Positions 1 through 10,122 of a DNA stretch of 64,000 nt are shown here, one piece after another. The DNA comes from Bacteroidota bacterium (GTDB lineage: Bacteria > Bacteroidota > Bacteroidia > NS11-12g > UBA955), in the NCBI GenBank assembly GCA_005798825.1, contig SYIL01000035.1:12338-76337 (forward strand), in the 5' to 3' direction. The notes beneath the pieces are model-generated. The model searched no databases. It was given only the letters and a program-made list of their open reading frames with translations, and was not told the origin of the DNA. Position 1 is the stretch's first letter, and each line of letters begins with the position of its first letter. A program made the translations under genes and the position numbers.

Positions 1-1160
1 AAAGTAGGTTTGGAAAAATCACCAGGCCTCATCTTTTCAACCACAATTTTAACATCCGAGGGGAGCGATTCGAAGAGTGAATTTTGTATGCCTGTAGTTT
101 GATCTACCAAAAATCCACAATTACCTCTATTTCCTACTACTTCTTTACTGGCATATTTTTTGACTGCATCACACCATGTCATGGTTCCATTGGTCAGAAT
201 CTGGTATACACTGTCTACCCTTTGGGAAGCAATCGAATAATCATAACTCGTATTTTCTGGGCGCAATAAGATATGGGCTACCAAGACTCGTTCACCTTTT
301 CGCTTCATCATTTTGATTATATGAAACCCATTTGGGCTTTCAAATACTTGGCTAAGACTGTCTGGCTTTAGTTTAAACGCGACACGTTCAAATGCAGGTG
401 ACATCTCCCCCCTCCCAAACTCAGGCAATATTCCACCATTGCCTTTTGACCCCGGATCCATGCTATAGGTACGTGCCAATTTTTCGAAATTTTCGCCCCT
501 CACTATGCGGTTCCTCAATTCTTCTAATTGCCCTTTTGCAAAGACATTGGCCTCATCTGATATTAAGGGTTCTATGATGCATTGCGCCACCTCAACCTGG
601 GTTTGAATTATGGGTAAACTATCTAAGGGAATGGAATCATAAAAGGCGTTTATTTCGCTGGGACTTATCAGTATATCTGAAGTAATTTTAGATCTCATTT
701 GGTCAACTAAAATTCGTTCTCGAATTTTGGGACGAATCTCTTTTTTGAACTCTCCAATGCTTTTACCCAAATATTTTTCTAGTAAAGCCAAACTACCAGC
801 CTCATTCTGAAAAGAACGAATACGGTTGTCAACATCTCGCTCTACCTCCTCTTCCGTTACGACCAAACTATCAATCTCAGCCTGGTTGATCAATAGCTTC
901 TGAACAATCAGCATTTCCAAAACCTTACAAAACAGTTCTTGGGTGTCTTTTATCACCATTCCTCGAGAAAGTTCAATTTTTTGCGTTTCAAATTCAGATT
1001 GAATAATGATTTTATCGCCAATAATGGCCAAAATCCCATCGACATACTGGAAGGCCGGAGACATATTGCTATTGGTGACTTGTGCACGGAGCATAGCACA
1101 TCCAGAACCAAGGAATGCAACAAAAAAAACAAAGGCCCACTTGAATCTTGAATGATTCAT
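1..1160 (-). CDS. surA: SurA-like periplasmic chaperone/peptidyl-prolyl isomerase (C-terminal end runs off the window)
   Basis: Not in the ORF track because there is no stop inside the window. Manual translation from the ATG at 1160 gives a signal peptide (MNHSRFKWAFVFFVAF), a SurA N-domain (VDGILAIIGDKIIIQSE) and a parvulin motif (FEKLARTYSMDPGSKGNGG..AFERVAF..FESPNGFHII). The frame is open to position 1. Confidence 0.88.
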   Translation of the reverse strand, partial: MNHSRFKWAFVFFVAFLGSGCAMLRAQVTNSNMSPAFQYVDGILAIIGDKIIIQSEFETQKIELSRGMVIKDTQELFCKVLEMLIVQKLLINQAEIDSLVVTEEEVERDVDNRIRSFQNEAGSLALLEKYLGKSIGEFKKEIRPKIRERILVDQMRSKITSDILISPSEINAFYDSIPLDSLPIIQTQVEVAQCIIEPLISDEANVFAKGQLEELRNRIVRGENFEKLARTYSMDPGSKGNGGILPEFGRGEMSPAFERVAFKLKPDSLSQVFESPNGFHIIKMMKRKGERVLVAHILLRPENTSYDYSIASQRVDSVYQILTNGTMTWCDAVKKYASKEVVGNRGNCGFLVDQTTGIQNSLFESLPSDVKIVVEKMRPGDFSKPT

Positions 1161-1165
1161 TTTTC

Positions 1166-3295
1166 TTATTTGGTATTAACCAACCTGTCTTGCAGTGATT
1201 GTAAGACCGATTTGTCAATCGTTATTGTATACTTATTTTTTAAAGATTCAAGCCATTCTTTTTCTAATTGCTCTTGGTATTTAGAGGCAACCGGACCCCG
1301 CGTTTCATCCAACAATTTGGGGCCAGAAGTTGAAAATCCTTTGACCTTCAATACCACAAAATCGTCTGCAATCTGTCCCATAGAATAGATACCGGGTTTT
1401 TTGTATTTGGATTTCGGTGAGGTTGCATCCTCAAAGATTATATTCAAGACCTTAGAGGGTGCGAATAAAAATGTATCGCTGATTTCATATTTTCCCGCTC
1501 TGGATGAAAAATCTAAAACATTTTTCTTGGTATATTGACGCCGTAAACTATCGGCTGAAAGCCCTTTCTTCACGCCTTTAGCCACGGATTTCATCATCTT
1601 GGCATCATTGCAGAAATAGACTTCCACATCAAATCGATTGCCCCAAACATAGGCAGACTGGTGTTCTAAAAAATATTTTTCCAAGCCCACAGAATCGGTA
1701 TTCGCACGATCCCATACCAATTCTTGCATGCGGTTAAACATCAAAATTCCCTCTTTGTATTCTTGGTAAATATCTTTGAATTCTAGCGACTTTTCTTCCA
1801 AGTGAAGATTTTGATATTCTACGCATGATTGATTAATCCAAGCATCGATGATTTTGTTTAAGCCTTCTTTTTTACTTCCTGAAATGGGCTTCGTGTTATT
1901 AGACAATTGTATGCATAAATCGGCGACGGAAAATTGTTCTCCTCCCAAATTAAACACTTCCATTTTTCGCAAATTAAATTTCGTTTTGACTGGTTTCTTA
2001 GCCGATCCAATAACTTGTGTATGTATTTCGGGCAATAGCGTTTCATCAAACTTGCCTTTCATAAAATTACTGTCTAAATAAGAAAGTACCGCATCAACGG
2101 CCATGGCGTTCAGGGTAAATTTATTCTGCTTTTTGATTTTTTCCACCAATGAATCGATGGAAATTTGAGAGCGTTGGTTTTTCTGAACTTCCGTTTTTAA
2201 AAAAGATTTCACTTCATTGTCTTCAAAAGATCCAATGGGCTTTACGGCCATTCTTTGCAATATATGCCACCCGTAATTGGTGCGAAAAGGCACTGTCATT
2301 TCCCCATCTTTTTTCAATCCGAAGGCTTGACCTATCCAATATTGGCGATCCAAATCACCCACAAACTGCGTTACATTCATATAGTCCATCTGTCCACCAT
2401 TGTATCGGCTATTATAGTCTTCACTGTGGGTACGAGCCATATTGTCAAAAGTTTCCTTTCCAGAATTGATACTGGCCGCTATCTCATCAATTTTCTTTTT
2501 GGCTTCAGAATCGGTATTTTCATCTTTGTTCAAAACGCGAATCAGGATATGGTTTACCTTAATATCTCCACGATTTATTTTTTTGTCGGTCACAAACAAT
2601 ATATGATACCCAAAATCTGTTTTGAATACCTCTGAAAATTCACCCACCGGGGTTTTATATGCTTGATTTTCGAATTCATAAACAACCTGAAGGGCAGTTA
2701 AATACCCCAAATCACCCCCGTTATTTTTGGTTCCAACATCTTCCGATTCGGTGCGGGCGATTTCGCCAAAATTTTCGGCTGATGGCTGTCTTACCAACAT
2801 TCTTTGAATGGCTTCTATTTTTTCTAAAGCTTTCTTTTGATCGGCTTCTGGCGCATCGGGAGCCACCAAAACCAAAATATGTGAAACCCGCAATTCAAAT
2901 TTCATGCGATCATAGGCTTCTTGAATGAGTGTTTCTGTAACCGCCCTATCGTATAAATAATTTCGCGCCAATTGGTCTCGGTACATTTGTAATTCCTGAA
3001 CGTAGGCTATTGCAGTATCCAATCCTGCATCTTTAGCATCTTTTACCTTGAGTTTAAACTTAACATACAAATCGAGGTAATTGGTGATGTCTGCTTGGCT
3101 AATGGTATCTTCTTTAAGGTTGATATTTTTTAAAAATTGTCGCTCAAATTCATCGGCATACACTTTTTCTTCGTTGATGCTAAAAACAAAAGGTTTTGCA
3201 ACTTGGGAAGATTCCGTTCGGCTTGTATTCACCTGCGCTAAAAGATTGGATAAAAACAATCCAGATACTAGGGTTGTTACAACTACTATTTTCAT
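1166..3295 (-). CDS. Parvulin-type (PpiC/rotamase) peptidyl-prolyl isomerase with two rotamase domains
   Basis: Signal peptide; SHILV..FGEIARTESED..NNGGDLG..FKTDFGYHI and a second copy (FDNMARTHSED..FRTNYGWHI); tandem with surA. Confidence 0.88.
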   Translation of the reverse strand: MKIVVVTTLVSGLFLSNLLAQVNTSRTESSQVAKPFVFSINEEKVYADEFERQFLKNINLKEDTISQADITNYLDLYVKFKLKVKDAKDAGLDTAIAYVQELQMYRDQLARNYLYDRAVTETLIQEAYDRMKFELRVSHILVLVAPDAPEADQKKALEKIEAIQRMLVRQPSAENFGEIARTESEDVGTKNNGGDLGYLTALQVVYEFENQAYKTPVGEFSEVFKTDFGYHILFVTDKKINRGDIKVNHILIRVLNKDENTDSEAKKKIDEIAASINSGKETFDNMARTHSEDYNSRYNGGQMDYMNVTQFVGDLDRQYWIGQAFGLKKDGEMTVPFRTNYGWHILQRMAVKPIGSFEDNEVKSFLKTEVQKNQRSQISIDSLVEKIKKQNKFTLNAMAVDAVLSYLDSNFMKGKFDETLLPEIHTQVIGSAKKPVKTKFNLRKMEVFNLGGEQFSVADLCIQLSNNTKPISGSKKEGLNKIIDAWINQSCVEYQNLHLEEKSLEFKDIYQEYKEGILMFNRMQELVWDRANTDSVGLEKYFLEHQSAYVWGNRFDVEVYFCNDAKMMKSVAKGVKKGLSADSLRRQYTKKNVLDFSSRAGKYEISDTFLFAPSKVLNIIFEDATSPKSKYKKPGIYSMGQIADDFVVLKVKGFSTSGPKLLDETRGPVASKYQEQLEKEWLESLKNKYTITIDKSVLQSLQDRLVNTK

Positions 3296-3346
3296 GATTT
3301 TCTTTGTTGGGTACAGTCTTCAAAAATACATACAAATCTCAAGTTT

Positions 3347-4342
3347 TCAATCATCTTGAGAAACCGTTTTCCAGAGCACATCCAATAATTCTGAAATGCC
3401 TTGTTGGGTTACCGCACTAAAAAATACGATGGGTATCCCATCAAGTTGTAGGCGAATTTCATCCTGTAATTCCTCGTCTAGCATATCGCTTTTACTGATG
3501 GCTACAATGCGTTGTTTAATGAGTAATTCAGGGTTAAATTTCTCCAACTCACTCAAGAGGGTTTGGTATTCTTTTCGATGGTCTGCACTGTCTGCAGGCA
3601 ATAAAAATAACAAGGCTGCATTTCGCTCAATATGCCGTAAAAACCGATGCCCCAAACCCTTTCCTTTGCTGGCTCCTTCAATAATTCCAGGAATATCAGC
3701 GACAATAAAACTGCGGTAATCGCGGTAATTTACGACTCCGAGATTGGGGATCAGCGTTGTAAAAGGATAATCGGCAATCTCTGGTTTTGCTGCAGAAATA
3801 ACACTCAATAAGGTACTCTTTCCTACATTGGGAAATCCAACCAATCCCACATCGGCCAATACTTTGAGCTCCAATACAATCCAACGTTCAATTCCTGTTT
3901 CACCGGGTTGGGCATACTGAGGGGCTTGGTTTACACTGTTTGCAAAATGACAATTGCCAAGTCCTCCACGTCCACCGGGAACCAATACCTGTTTTTCTCC
4001 TTCTTCGGTGATTTCAAAAAGCACTTCGCCCGTTTCTGCATCTTTGGCAACAGTGCCCAAAGGTACTTCCAGAACAATAGAATCCCCGTAAGCTCCAGAA
4101 CTTCGATTTTCACTTCCCGCAATGCCATCCGTTGCCAAAACATGTTTGCGATATTTAAGGTGTAATAAGGTCCACAACTGGGTATTGCCCTGAAGAATGA
4201 TATCACCACCCTTACCGCCGTCGCCACCATCCGGACCTCCACGGGGATTAATCTTTGTTCGATTATAATGTCTGCTTCCTGGGCCCCCGCTACCACTTCT
4301 ACAGCAAATCTTTACATAGTCAATAAAATTGCTGTCGGCCAT
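3347..4342 (-). CDS. obgE: GTPase ObgE/CgtA
   Basis: Gly-rich Obg fold ([12 protein letters not shown]), G1 GFPNVGKS, G2 YPFTT, G3 DIPG; probable start [11 protein letters not shown] at 4342. Confidence 0.97.
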   Translation of the reverse strand: MADSNFIDYVKICCRSGSGGPGSRHYNRTKINPRGGPDGGDGGKGGDIILQGNTQLWTLLHLKYRKHVLATDGIAGSENRSSGAYGDSIVLEVPLGTVAKDAETGEVLFEITEEGEKQVLVPGGRGGLGNCHFANSVNQAPQYAQPGETGIERWIVLELKVLADVGLVGFPNVGKSTLLSVISAAKPEIADYPFTTLIPNLGVVNYRDYRSFIVADIPGIIEGASKGKGLGHRFLRHIERNAALLFLLPADSADHRKEYQTLLSELEKFNPELLIKQRIVAISKSDMLDEELQDEIRLQLDGIPIVFFSAVTQQGISELLDVLWKTVSQDD

Positions 4343-4400
4343 AGACCACAAAGGTCGTTAAAAAACCCCCATCTATCGTATTTTCGCATCCGTAACCTGT

Positions 4401-7004
4401 ATGTCTTCACAATACCAATTCTCGGATATAGAAAAAAAATGGCGATTGGCTTGGGAAAAAAGCGAATTATACAAAACAGAAATTGATCCCAATAAGCCCA
4501 AATACTATATCCTCGATATGTTTCCATACCCCTCTGGAAGTGGTTTACACGTTGGACATCCACTTGGATATATCGCCAGTGACATCGTGGCCCGCTATAA
4601 ACGCTTGAAAGGTTTTAACGTATTGCATCCCATGGGCTATGATGCTTTTGGACTGCCCGCAGAGCAATATGCAATACAAACTGGGCAACACCCTGCCATA
4701 ACTACCGAACAAAATATTAAACGGTTCAGGGAACAACTCAATACAATGGGCTTTTCTTTTGATTGGTCAAGAGAAGTCAAAACTTGCGATCCCAATTATT
4801 ATAAATTTACCCAATGGATATTTTCTTTATTTTTCAATCATTGGTATGATACTCTGGCACAAAAAGCCAGGCCTATTGAGGAACTAGAACAATATTTTTC
4901 TATTCATGGCAGCCACAATAATTCTATTTATGCCGGGCATTTTATAGACTTTTCAGCAGCCCAATGGCGAGAATTTTCACCCCTTCAAAAACACGAAATT
5001 CTAAACCAATGCCGATTGGCCTTTATAGATGAAACCACCGTCAACTGGTGTGAAGCGATGGGTAGCATACTGGCAAATGAAGAAGTTGTAAATGGACTGA
5101 GCGAAAGGGGCGAATATCCAGTGATTCGAAAAAAAATGAAGCAATGGAGCTTGCGAATCACCGCCTATGCTGATCGGCTAATCGAGGGGTTAAATCGAGT
5201 CGAATGGAGCAATGCCATCAAAGAAATTCAACGAAATTGGATCGGAAGAAGCCAAGGTGCAGAAATTGAGTTTGTGGTTCGAGGTACACTCAAAACCTTG
5301 CGCGTTTTCACGACAAGACCCGATACAATATTTGGCGCAACCTTTATCGTAGTAGCTCCAGAGTTGGAAAATCTCACTGAATTTTGCACCGAAAAAAATT
5401 GGCCTTTGGTGTCTGCATACGCAAACAAATCACGCAATCGAAGTGAAATTGAACGAATGGCTGACACCCACAAAACTGGGGTATTTACTGGACTAGAAGC
5501 CATCAATCCTTTTACCGGAGAACCCATTCCAATTTATGTAGGAGAGTATGTGTTGGCAAGTTATGGGACCGGGGTAATTATGGCGGTTCCCGCTCACGAC
5601 GAAAGGGATTTTGCGTTCGCAAAATCCTTTAATCTGCCCATCATCCCAGTTATAAAACCTATGCATTCGGAACCAAATTCGCCCCTCACAGAAGCTTTCT
5701 CTGCAAAAGAAGGAATGTGTTTTAACAGCGGGTTTTTGGATGGCTTATCGGTGGATGATGCCATTGCCTCCGCAACTGCTAAAATTGTAAACGCCGGATG
5801 GGGAAAGAAAACCATACACTATAAACTGCGCGAAGCGGGTTTTGGACGTCAGCGGTATTGGGGAGAGCCGTTTCCTCTTGTATATAATGCCCAAGGGATT
5901 CCCTCGATAATTGAGTCATTGCCTGTAGAATTACCCCCAGTCGAAATCTATAAACCCACAGGGAATGGAAAAAGTCCACTCTCTGCTCTCAGCCAATGGG
6001 TCAATACTCCCATGGGTATTCGGGAAACTGATACAATGCCTGGTTGGGCGGGAAGCAGCTGGTACTTCCTCCGATATACAGACCCAAACAATCCACAAGA
6101 TTTTGCTTCAAAAGAAGCACTACAATATTGGAATCAAGTGGATTTATATGTTGGGGGAAGTGAACATGCAACGGGACACTTACTCTACAGCCGGTTCTGG
6201 ACAAAGTTCTTATTTGATTTGGGTTTTATCACATGGGATGAACCTTTTCAACGCTTGATAAATCAAGGAATGATTCTAGGTGAAGATGGTCAGAAAATGA
6301 GTAAACGTTGGGGAAATGTTGTTAATCCAGATGATGTTTGTGCTGCATACGGGGCGGATGCACTGCGAATGTATGAAATGTTTTTGGGGCCTGTTACCGA
6401 TTCAAAACCCTGGAATACACAAGGTATTGAAGGTATAAGTCGCTTCTTTGGCAAATTTTGGCGACTATTTTACCAAGGTGAAAACTGGGCGGTTACCGAT
6501 GTTCCTGCTACCACAGAAGAATTGAAAATTTTACATAAAACCATTAAAAAAGTAAGCGATGATATCGAAAATTTGAGTTTCAATACCTCAATCTCAGCGT
6601 TTATGGTTGCCGTGAACGAACTTACAGCTCTCCAATCTCGCAAGCGACAAATACTAGAGCCCATGTTGGTATTAATGGCCCCTTTCACCCCATATCTAAG
6701 CGAAGAACTATGGCATCGCTTGGGTAATTCGGGTTTTAGTAATGACAAACGCATAGATTCGATAAGCATACACACCAGCCATTGGCCAATGTATGATTCT
6801 GAATATTTAACTGAAAATTACTTTAACTATCCCATAAGTATCAACGGCAAAACAAGGGCACAAATTCAATTCGATCTCCATGCCACAGAAGGTGAAATTC
6901 AAGCTACCGTATTGAGCCATGCTATGGTTGTTAAATGGATGGAAGGCAAACCCATGAAAAAATTTATACTCGTAAAGGGGCGAATTGTGAATGTAGTTGT
7001 ATAA
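4401..7004 (+). CDS. leuS: Leucine--tRNA ligase
   Basis: MFPYPSG..HVGH (HIGH), CP1 editing motifs VFTTRPDT and AVPAHDERD, RQRYWGEP, KMSKR. Confidence 0.98.
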   Translation: MSSQYQFSDIEKKWRLAWEKSELYKTEIDPNKPKYYILDMFPYPSGSGLHVGHPLGYIASDIVARYKRLKGFNVLHPMGYDAFGLPAEQYAIQTGQHPAITTEQNIKRFREQLNTMGFSFDWSREVKTCDPNYYKFTQWIFSLFFNHWYDTLAQKARPIEELEQYFSIHGSHNNSIYAGHFIDFSAAQWREFSPLQKHEILNQCRLAFIDETTVNWCEAMGSILANEEVVNGLSERGEYPVIRKKMKQWSLRITAYADRLIEGLNRVEWSNAIKEIQRNWIGRSQGAEIEFVVRGTLKTLRVFTTRPDTIFGATFIVVAPELENLTEFCTEKNWPLVSAYANKSRNRSEIERMADTHKTGVFTGLEAINPFTGEPIPIYVGEYVLASYGTGVIMAVPAHDERDFAFAKSFNLPIIPVIKPMHSEPNSPLTEAFSAKEGMCFNSGFLDGLSVDDAIASATAKIVNAGWGKKTIHYKLREAGFGRQRYWGEPFPLVYNAQGIPSIIESLPVELPPVEIYKPTGNGKSPLSALSQWVNTPMGIRETDTMPGWAGSSWYFLRYTDPNNPQDFASKEALQYWNQVDLYVGGSEHATGHLLYSRFWTKFLFDLGFITWDEPFQRLINQGMILGEDGQKMSKRWGNVVNPDDVCAAYGADALRMYEMFLGPVTDSKPWNTQGIEGISRFFGKFWRLFYQGENWAVTDVPATTEELKILHKTIKKVSDDIENLSFNTSISAFMVAVNELTALQSRKRQILEPMLVLMAPFTPYLSEELWHRLGNSGFSNDKRIDSISIHTSHWPMYDSEYLTENYFNYPISINGKTRAQIQFDLHATEGEIQATVLSHAMVVKWMEGKPMKKFILVKGRIVNVVV

Positions 7005-7021
7005 TAAACCACATTCCAAGA

Positions 7022-7237
7022 TTACACTCGGGCCACAACGACGGCTTTTTGGCCATCAAATTCTATGCATGCATCCGGAAAAAGTTTGTTGCGTTTTCGG
7101 TATTCAACGATACCATCTACAACAACCAAACCTTGGGCAATGAACTCGTTGGCGATCCCACCATTTTCAGCCCATCCCAATAACTTCAGCGCTTGATTGA
7201 GTTGAATATAGGAAGTATGAATGACAATTTGTTCCAT
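7022..7237 (-). CDS. S4-domain RNA-binding protein (YbcJ/YaaA type)
   Basis: YIQLNQALKLLG..GG.A..I..G.V.VDG.VEYRKRNKL in ~71 aa. Confidence 0.85.
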   Translation of the reverse strand: MEQIVIHTSYIQLNQALKLLGWAENGGIANEFIAQGLVVVDGIVEYRKRNKLFPDACIEFDGQKAVVVARV

Positions 7238-7354
7238 CAATTTGGTCCTTTGGTTTCCAAAATAATTTGCATATAAATGGGGTTATTAAAAATTGTGGGT
7301 GTAGGCGATTTGGTCAAAAAAATAGCCGATTATGAGGCATTGTTGCCATAAAAA

Positions 7355-7702
7355 TTAAATGGCGAAACTTTCTCCACATCCACAAGTGCGAGAAGCATTC
7401 GGATTGATGAAATTAAATCCATTCCCATTTAACCCATCCGAGAAATCAAGTTCTGTTCCACACAAATACAAAAAACTCTTCATGTCACACACGATTTTTA
7501 AACGCTCATCGCCAAAATTCATGTCTCCAGCTTTGATCTCATTGTCAAAATCCAATTCATAGGTGAGGCCAGAACAACCTCCACCCTTTACACCCACACG
7601 CAAGAAATACTCAGGAGAAGAAATATTGGTTTCTCGCATCAAACTGTAGGCTTTTGCCAACGCTTTGTCTGTAATCAGAATCTCATTTCCTTGGGCAATC
7701 AT
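7355..7702 (-). CDS. iscA: Fe-S cluster assembly A-type carrier (IscA/HesB)
   Basis: RVGVKGGGCSG and C-terminal NPNASRTCGCGESF. Confidence 0.96.
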   Translation of the reverse strand: MIAQGNEILITDKALAKAYSLMRETNISSPEYFLRVGVKGGGCSGLTYELDFDNEIKAGDMNFGDERLKIVCDMKSFLYLCGTELDFSDGLNGNGFNFINPNASRTCGCGESFAI

Positions 7703-7713
7703 GGTTGTTGTTG

Positions 7714-8130
7714 TTAGTGGTGCGTTTTTTCGCTCACCAAAGGCTCTAAACCGTTCTTTGACCGGTAGTCATTGATGGCAGAACGGATTGCATCTTCAGC
7801 CAATACCGAGCAATGAATTTTTACGGGTGGCAGGGCCAATTCCTCCACAATATCCATATTATCAATGGTAAGAGCCTCATTTATGGACTTTCCCTTGAGC
7901 CATTCGGTAGCCAAAGAAGACGAAGCGATGGCAGATCCGCAGCCAAAGGTTTTAAACTTGGCATCTTGAATAATGCCCGTTTCTTCGTTAACCATGATTT
8001 GCAATCGCATCACATCACCGCACTCGGGTGCACCGACCAATCCTGTACCAACTGATTTCTGAGATTTGTCCAATGTACCAATGTTTCTTGGATTGGTATA
8101 ATGATCGATTACTTTTTCTGAATATGCCAT
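7714..8130 (-). CDS. iscU: Fe-S cluster scaffold IscU
   Basis: MAYSEKVIDHY, GAPECGD, FKTFGCGSAIA, LPPVKIHC. Confidence 0.98.
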   Translation of the reverse strand: MAYSEKVIDHYTNPRNIGTLDKSQKSVGTGLVGAPECGDVMRLQIMVNEETGIIQDAKFKTFGCGSAIASSSLATEWLKGKSINEALTIDNMDIVEELALPPVKIHCSVLAEDAIRSAINDYRSKNGLEPLVSEKTHH

Positions 8131-8149
8131 ATTAATTGTAAAACGTATA

Positions 8150-8157
8150 CAAAGTTA
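8150..8157 (-). promoter_or_regulatory. Bacteroidota sigma70 -7 element (TAACTTTG), internal promoter for iscU
   Basis: Matches TAnnTTTG, 19 nt upstream of the iscU ATG. Confidence 0.6.
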
Positions 8158-8160
8158 CAA

Positions 8161-8177
8161 TTTAGAGTAATTCTAAA
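8161..8177. promoter_or_regulatory. Palindromic operator TTTAGA-N5-TCTAAA upstream of iscU (Fur-like box)
   Basis: tttaga gtaat tctaaa next to the -7 element; the same arms and spacing recur at 9415-9431. Confidence 0.65.
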
Positions 8178-8184
8178 CAATAGG

Positions 8185-9399
8185 TTAATGTTCGGACCAT
8201 TGAATTGACTTTAGATCGATCCCCTCTTTAAACATTTCCCACAGCGGACTCATTTCACGCAGTTTAAATACCGCCTCTTTAACCGTTTTGATGGTAAAAT
8301 CTATTTCCTCTTCGGTGGTAAAACGCCCCAATCCAAAACGCAATGAACTGTGGGCCAATTCATCGTCTAGTCCCAAACTTTTTAACACATAACTCGGTTC
8401 CAAAGAGGCAGAAGTACAAGCAGATCCACTCGAAACGGCAATATCTTTCACACCCATCATCAATCCTTCGCCTTCCACATATTTAAAACTGATATTGGAG
8501 GTGTGGGGCAACCGGTGTTCATTGCTTCCATTGAGATAACTTTCTTCTATGGACAACAAAGCGGCTTCCAAACGATCACGCATTTTTTTCAAGCGCAGGT
8601 ATTCATCGGCCATCTCCAAACGGGCAATTTCACACGCTTTTCCAAAACCTACAATACCCGGAACATTGAGAGTTCCACTGCGCATTCCTCGCTCGTGACC
8701 ACCACCATCCATTTGAGCGGTTACTTTAACACGGGGATTTTTTCGGCGAACATACAAGGCTCCAACACCCTTTGGACCATACATCTTATGGGCCGTAAAA
8801 CTCATTAAATCAATGCCGTCTGCCAACACATCCACTGGAATTTTTCCGACTGCCTGTGTTGCGTCTGAATGAAACAATACGCCATGCTTTTTACACATTG
8901 CCCCAATTTCGGCAATGGGCTGAACCACGCCCAATTCGTTGTTTCCGAACATAATTGAAATTAAAATAGTTGAAGGCTTGATCGCCGCCTCCAGGGTTTT
9001 TAGGGAAATTAATCCGTCTTCCGCTACAGACAAATAACTTATCTCAGCACCAGATTTTTCGAGGTGTTTACACGTGTCCAAAATCGCCTTATGCTCTGTG
9101 GTAAGGGTAATCATATGATTTCCTTTCGAGGAATACATTTCGAATACTCCTTTGATGGCTAGATTATTGCTTTCAGTGGCCCCACTCGTAAAAATAATCT
9201 CTTTTTCATTGGCTCCAATTAAGCCTGCAATTTGACACCGTGCATAATCTACTGCTTCTTCACCAGCCCAACCAAAAGAATGGCTTTTACTGGCAGCATT
9301 ACCATATACTTCTAAAAAGTAAGGTGTCATTGCTTCAAACACCCGAGGATCTACCTGGGTGGTTGAATTATTGTCGAGATAAACAGGCAATTTCAACAT
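8185..9399 (-). CDS. iscS: Cysteine desulfurase IscS
   Basis: [19 protein letters not shown] Lys in [10 protein letters not shown], catalytic Cys in SSGSACTS. Confidence 0.98.
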   Translation of the reverse strand: MLKLPVYLDNNSTTQVDPRVFEAMTPYFLEVYGNAASKSHSFGWAGEEAVDYARCQIAGLIGANEKEIIFTSGATESNNLAIKGVFEMYSSKGNHMITLTTEHKAILDTCKHLEKSGAEISYLSVAEDGLISLKTLEAAIKPSTILISIMFGNNELGVVQPIAEIGAMCKKHGVLFHSDATQAVGKIPVDVLADGIDLMSFTAHKMYGPKGVGALYVRRKNPRVKVTAQMDGGGHERGMRSGTLNVPGIVGFGKACEIARLEMADEYLRLKKMRDRLEAALLSIEESYLNGSNEHRLPHTSNISFKYVEGEGLMMGVKDIAVSSGSACTSASLEPSYVLKSLGLDDELAHSSLRFGLGRFTTEEEIDFTIKTVKEAVFKLREMSPLWEMFKEGIDLKSIQWSEH

Positions 9400-9414
9400 T
9401 TTTATTTTGGGTTA

Positions 9415-9431
9415 TTTAGATACTTTCTAAA
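9415..9431. promoter_or_regulatory. Palindromic operator TTTAGA-N5-TCTAAA upstream of iscS (Fur-like box)
   Basis: tttaga tactt tctaaa between the -7 element (TAATTTTG, 9435-9442, minus strand) and the iscS ATG. Confidence 0.65.
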
Positions 9432-9509
9432 CTACAAAATTACGTGATAAAACCCCTGATTGTTTGAATATTTTATCTTTCTGATAAAAGAATGTTCTTT
9501 GTAGTGATT

Positions 9510-9923
9510 ATGGGCATAAAAAAACTTGAACACATCGGAATCGCTGTAGCCAATCTCGAAGCCTCTGAGTTGCTATTTACGCAATTATTGGGCTGTTCTC
9601 CTTACAAACGAGAAATCATTGAAAACGAACACATTACATGCTCTTTTTTTCAAGTAGGAGATATCAAAATTGAACTCATAGCTGCGAGCAACGGCCAAAG
9701 TACAATTGCAAAATATATCGAAAAAAGGGGTGAAGGACTGCACCATTTGGCATTCGAAGTCGAAAATATCAAAGACTCTTTACAAGAAAAACAATCCCAG
9801 GGGTTCGAACCCATCGATGCAGAAGCCAAGCGCGGTGCAGACAATAAATTAATCGCATTTTTACATCCAAAATCAAGCAATGGGGTGCTTGTAGAACTCT
9901 GCCAGGATATTAAATCACAATAG
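9510..9923 (+). CDS. mce: Methylmalonyl-CoA epimerase
   Basis: VOC fold: EHIGIAV, KIELI, GEGLHHLAFEV, FLHPKSSNGVLVEL. Confidence 0.92.
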   Translation: MGIKKLEHIGIAVANLEASELLFTQLLGCSPYKREIIENEHITCSFFQVGDIKIELIAASNGQSTIAKYIEKRGEGLHHLAFEVENIKDSLQEKQSQGFEPIDAEAKRGADNKLIAFLHPKSSNGVLVELCQDIKSQ

Positions 9924-10122
9924 CATTTGCTTTTGAAAACTTTTATTGGCTGGGTTTTGGGTAGTTGATTGGTTTAATCCACAATCACAATAACCGCAAG
10001 GAAACGGCTAATAATGAATCGGCATTTGCCCCCGTTAACAATGGTCTTTGCGTTTTGTCGTCTTGTCAAAATGGAAACAGTCAAGAACCGGCCTGCCCAA
10101 ATTTTTGTATCTTTGAGCCCGT

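Noticed and set aside
84..1388. Short plus-strand ORFs at the window start
   Set aside because: They lie opposite the open surA and PPIase frames.
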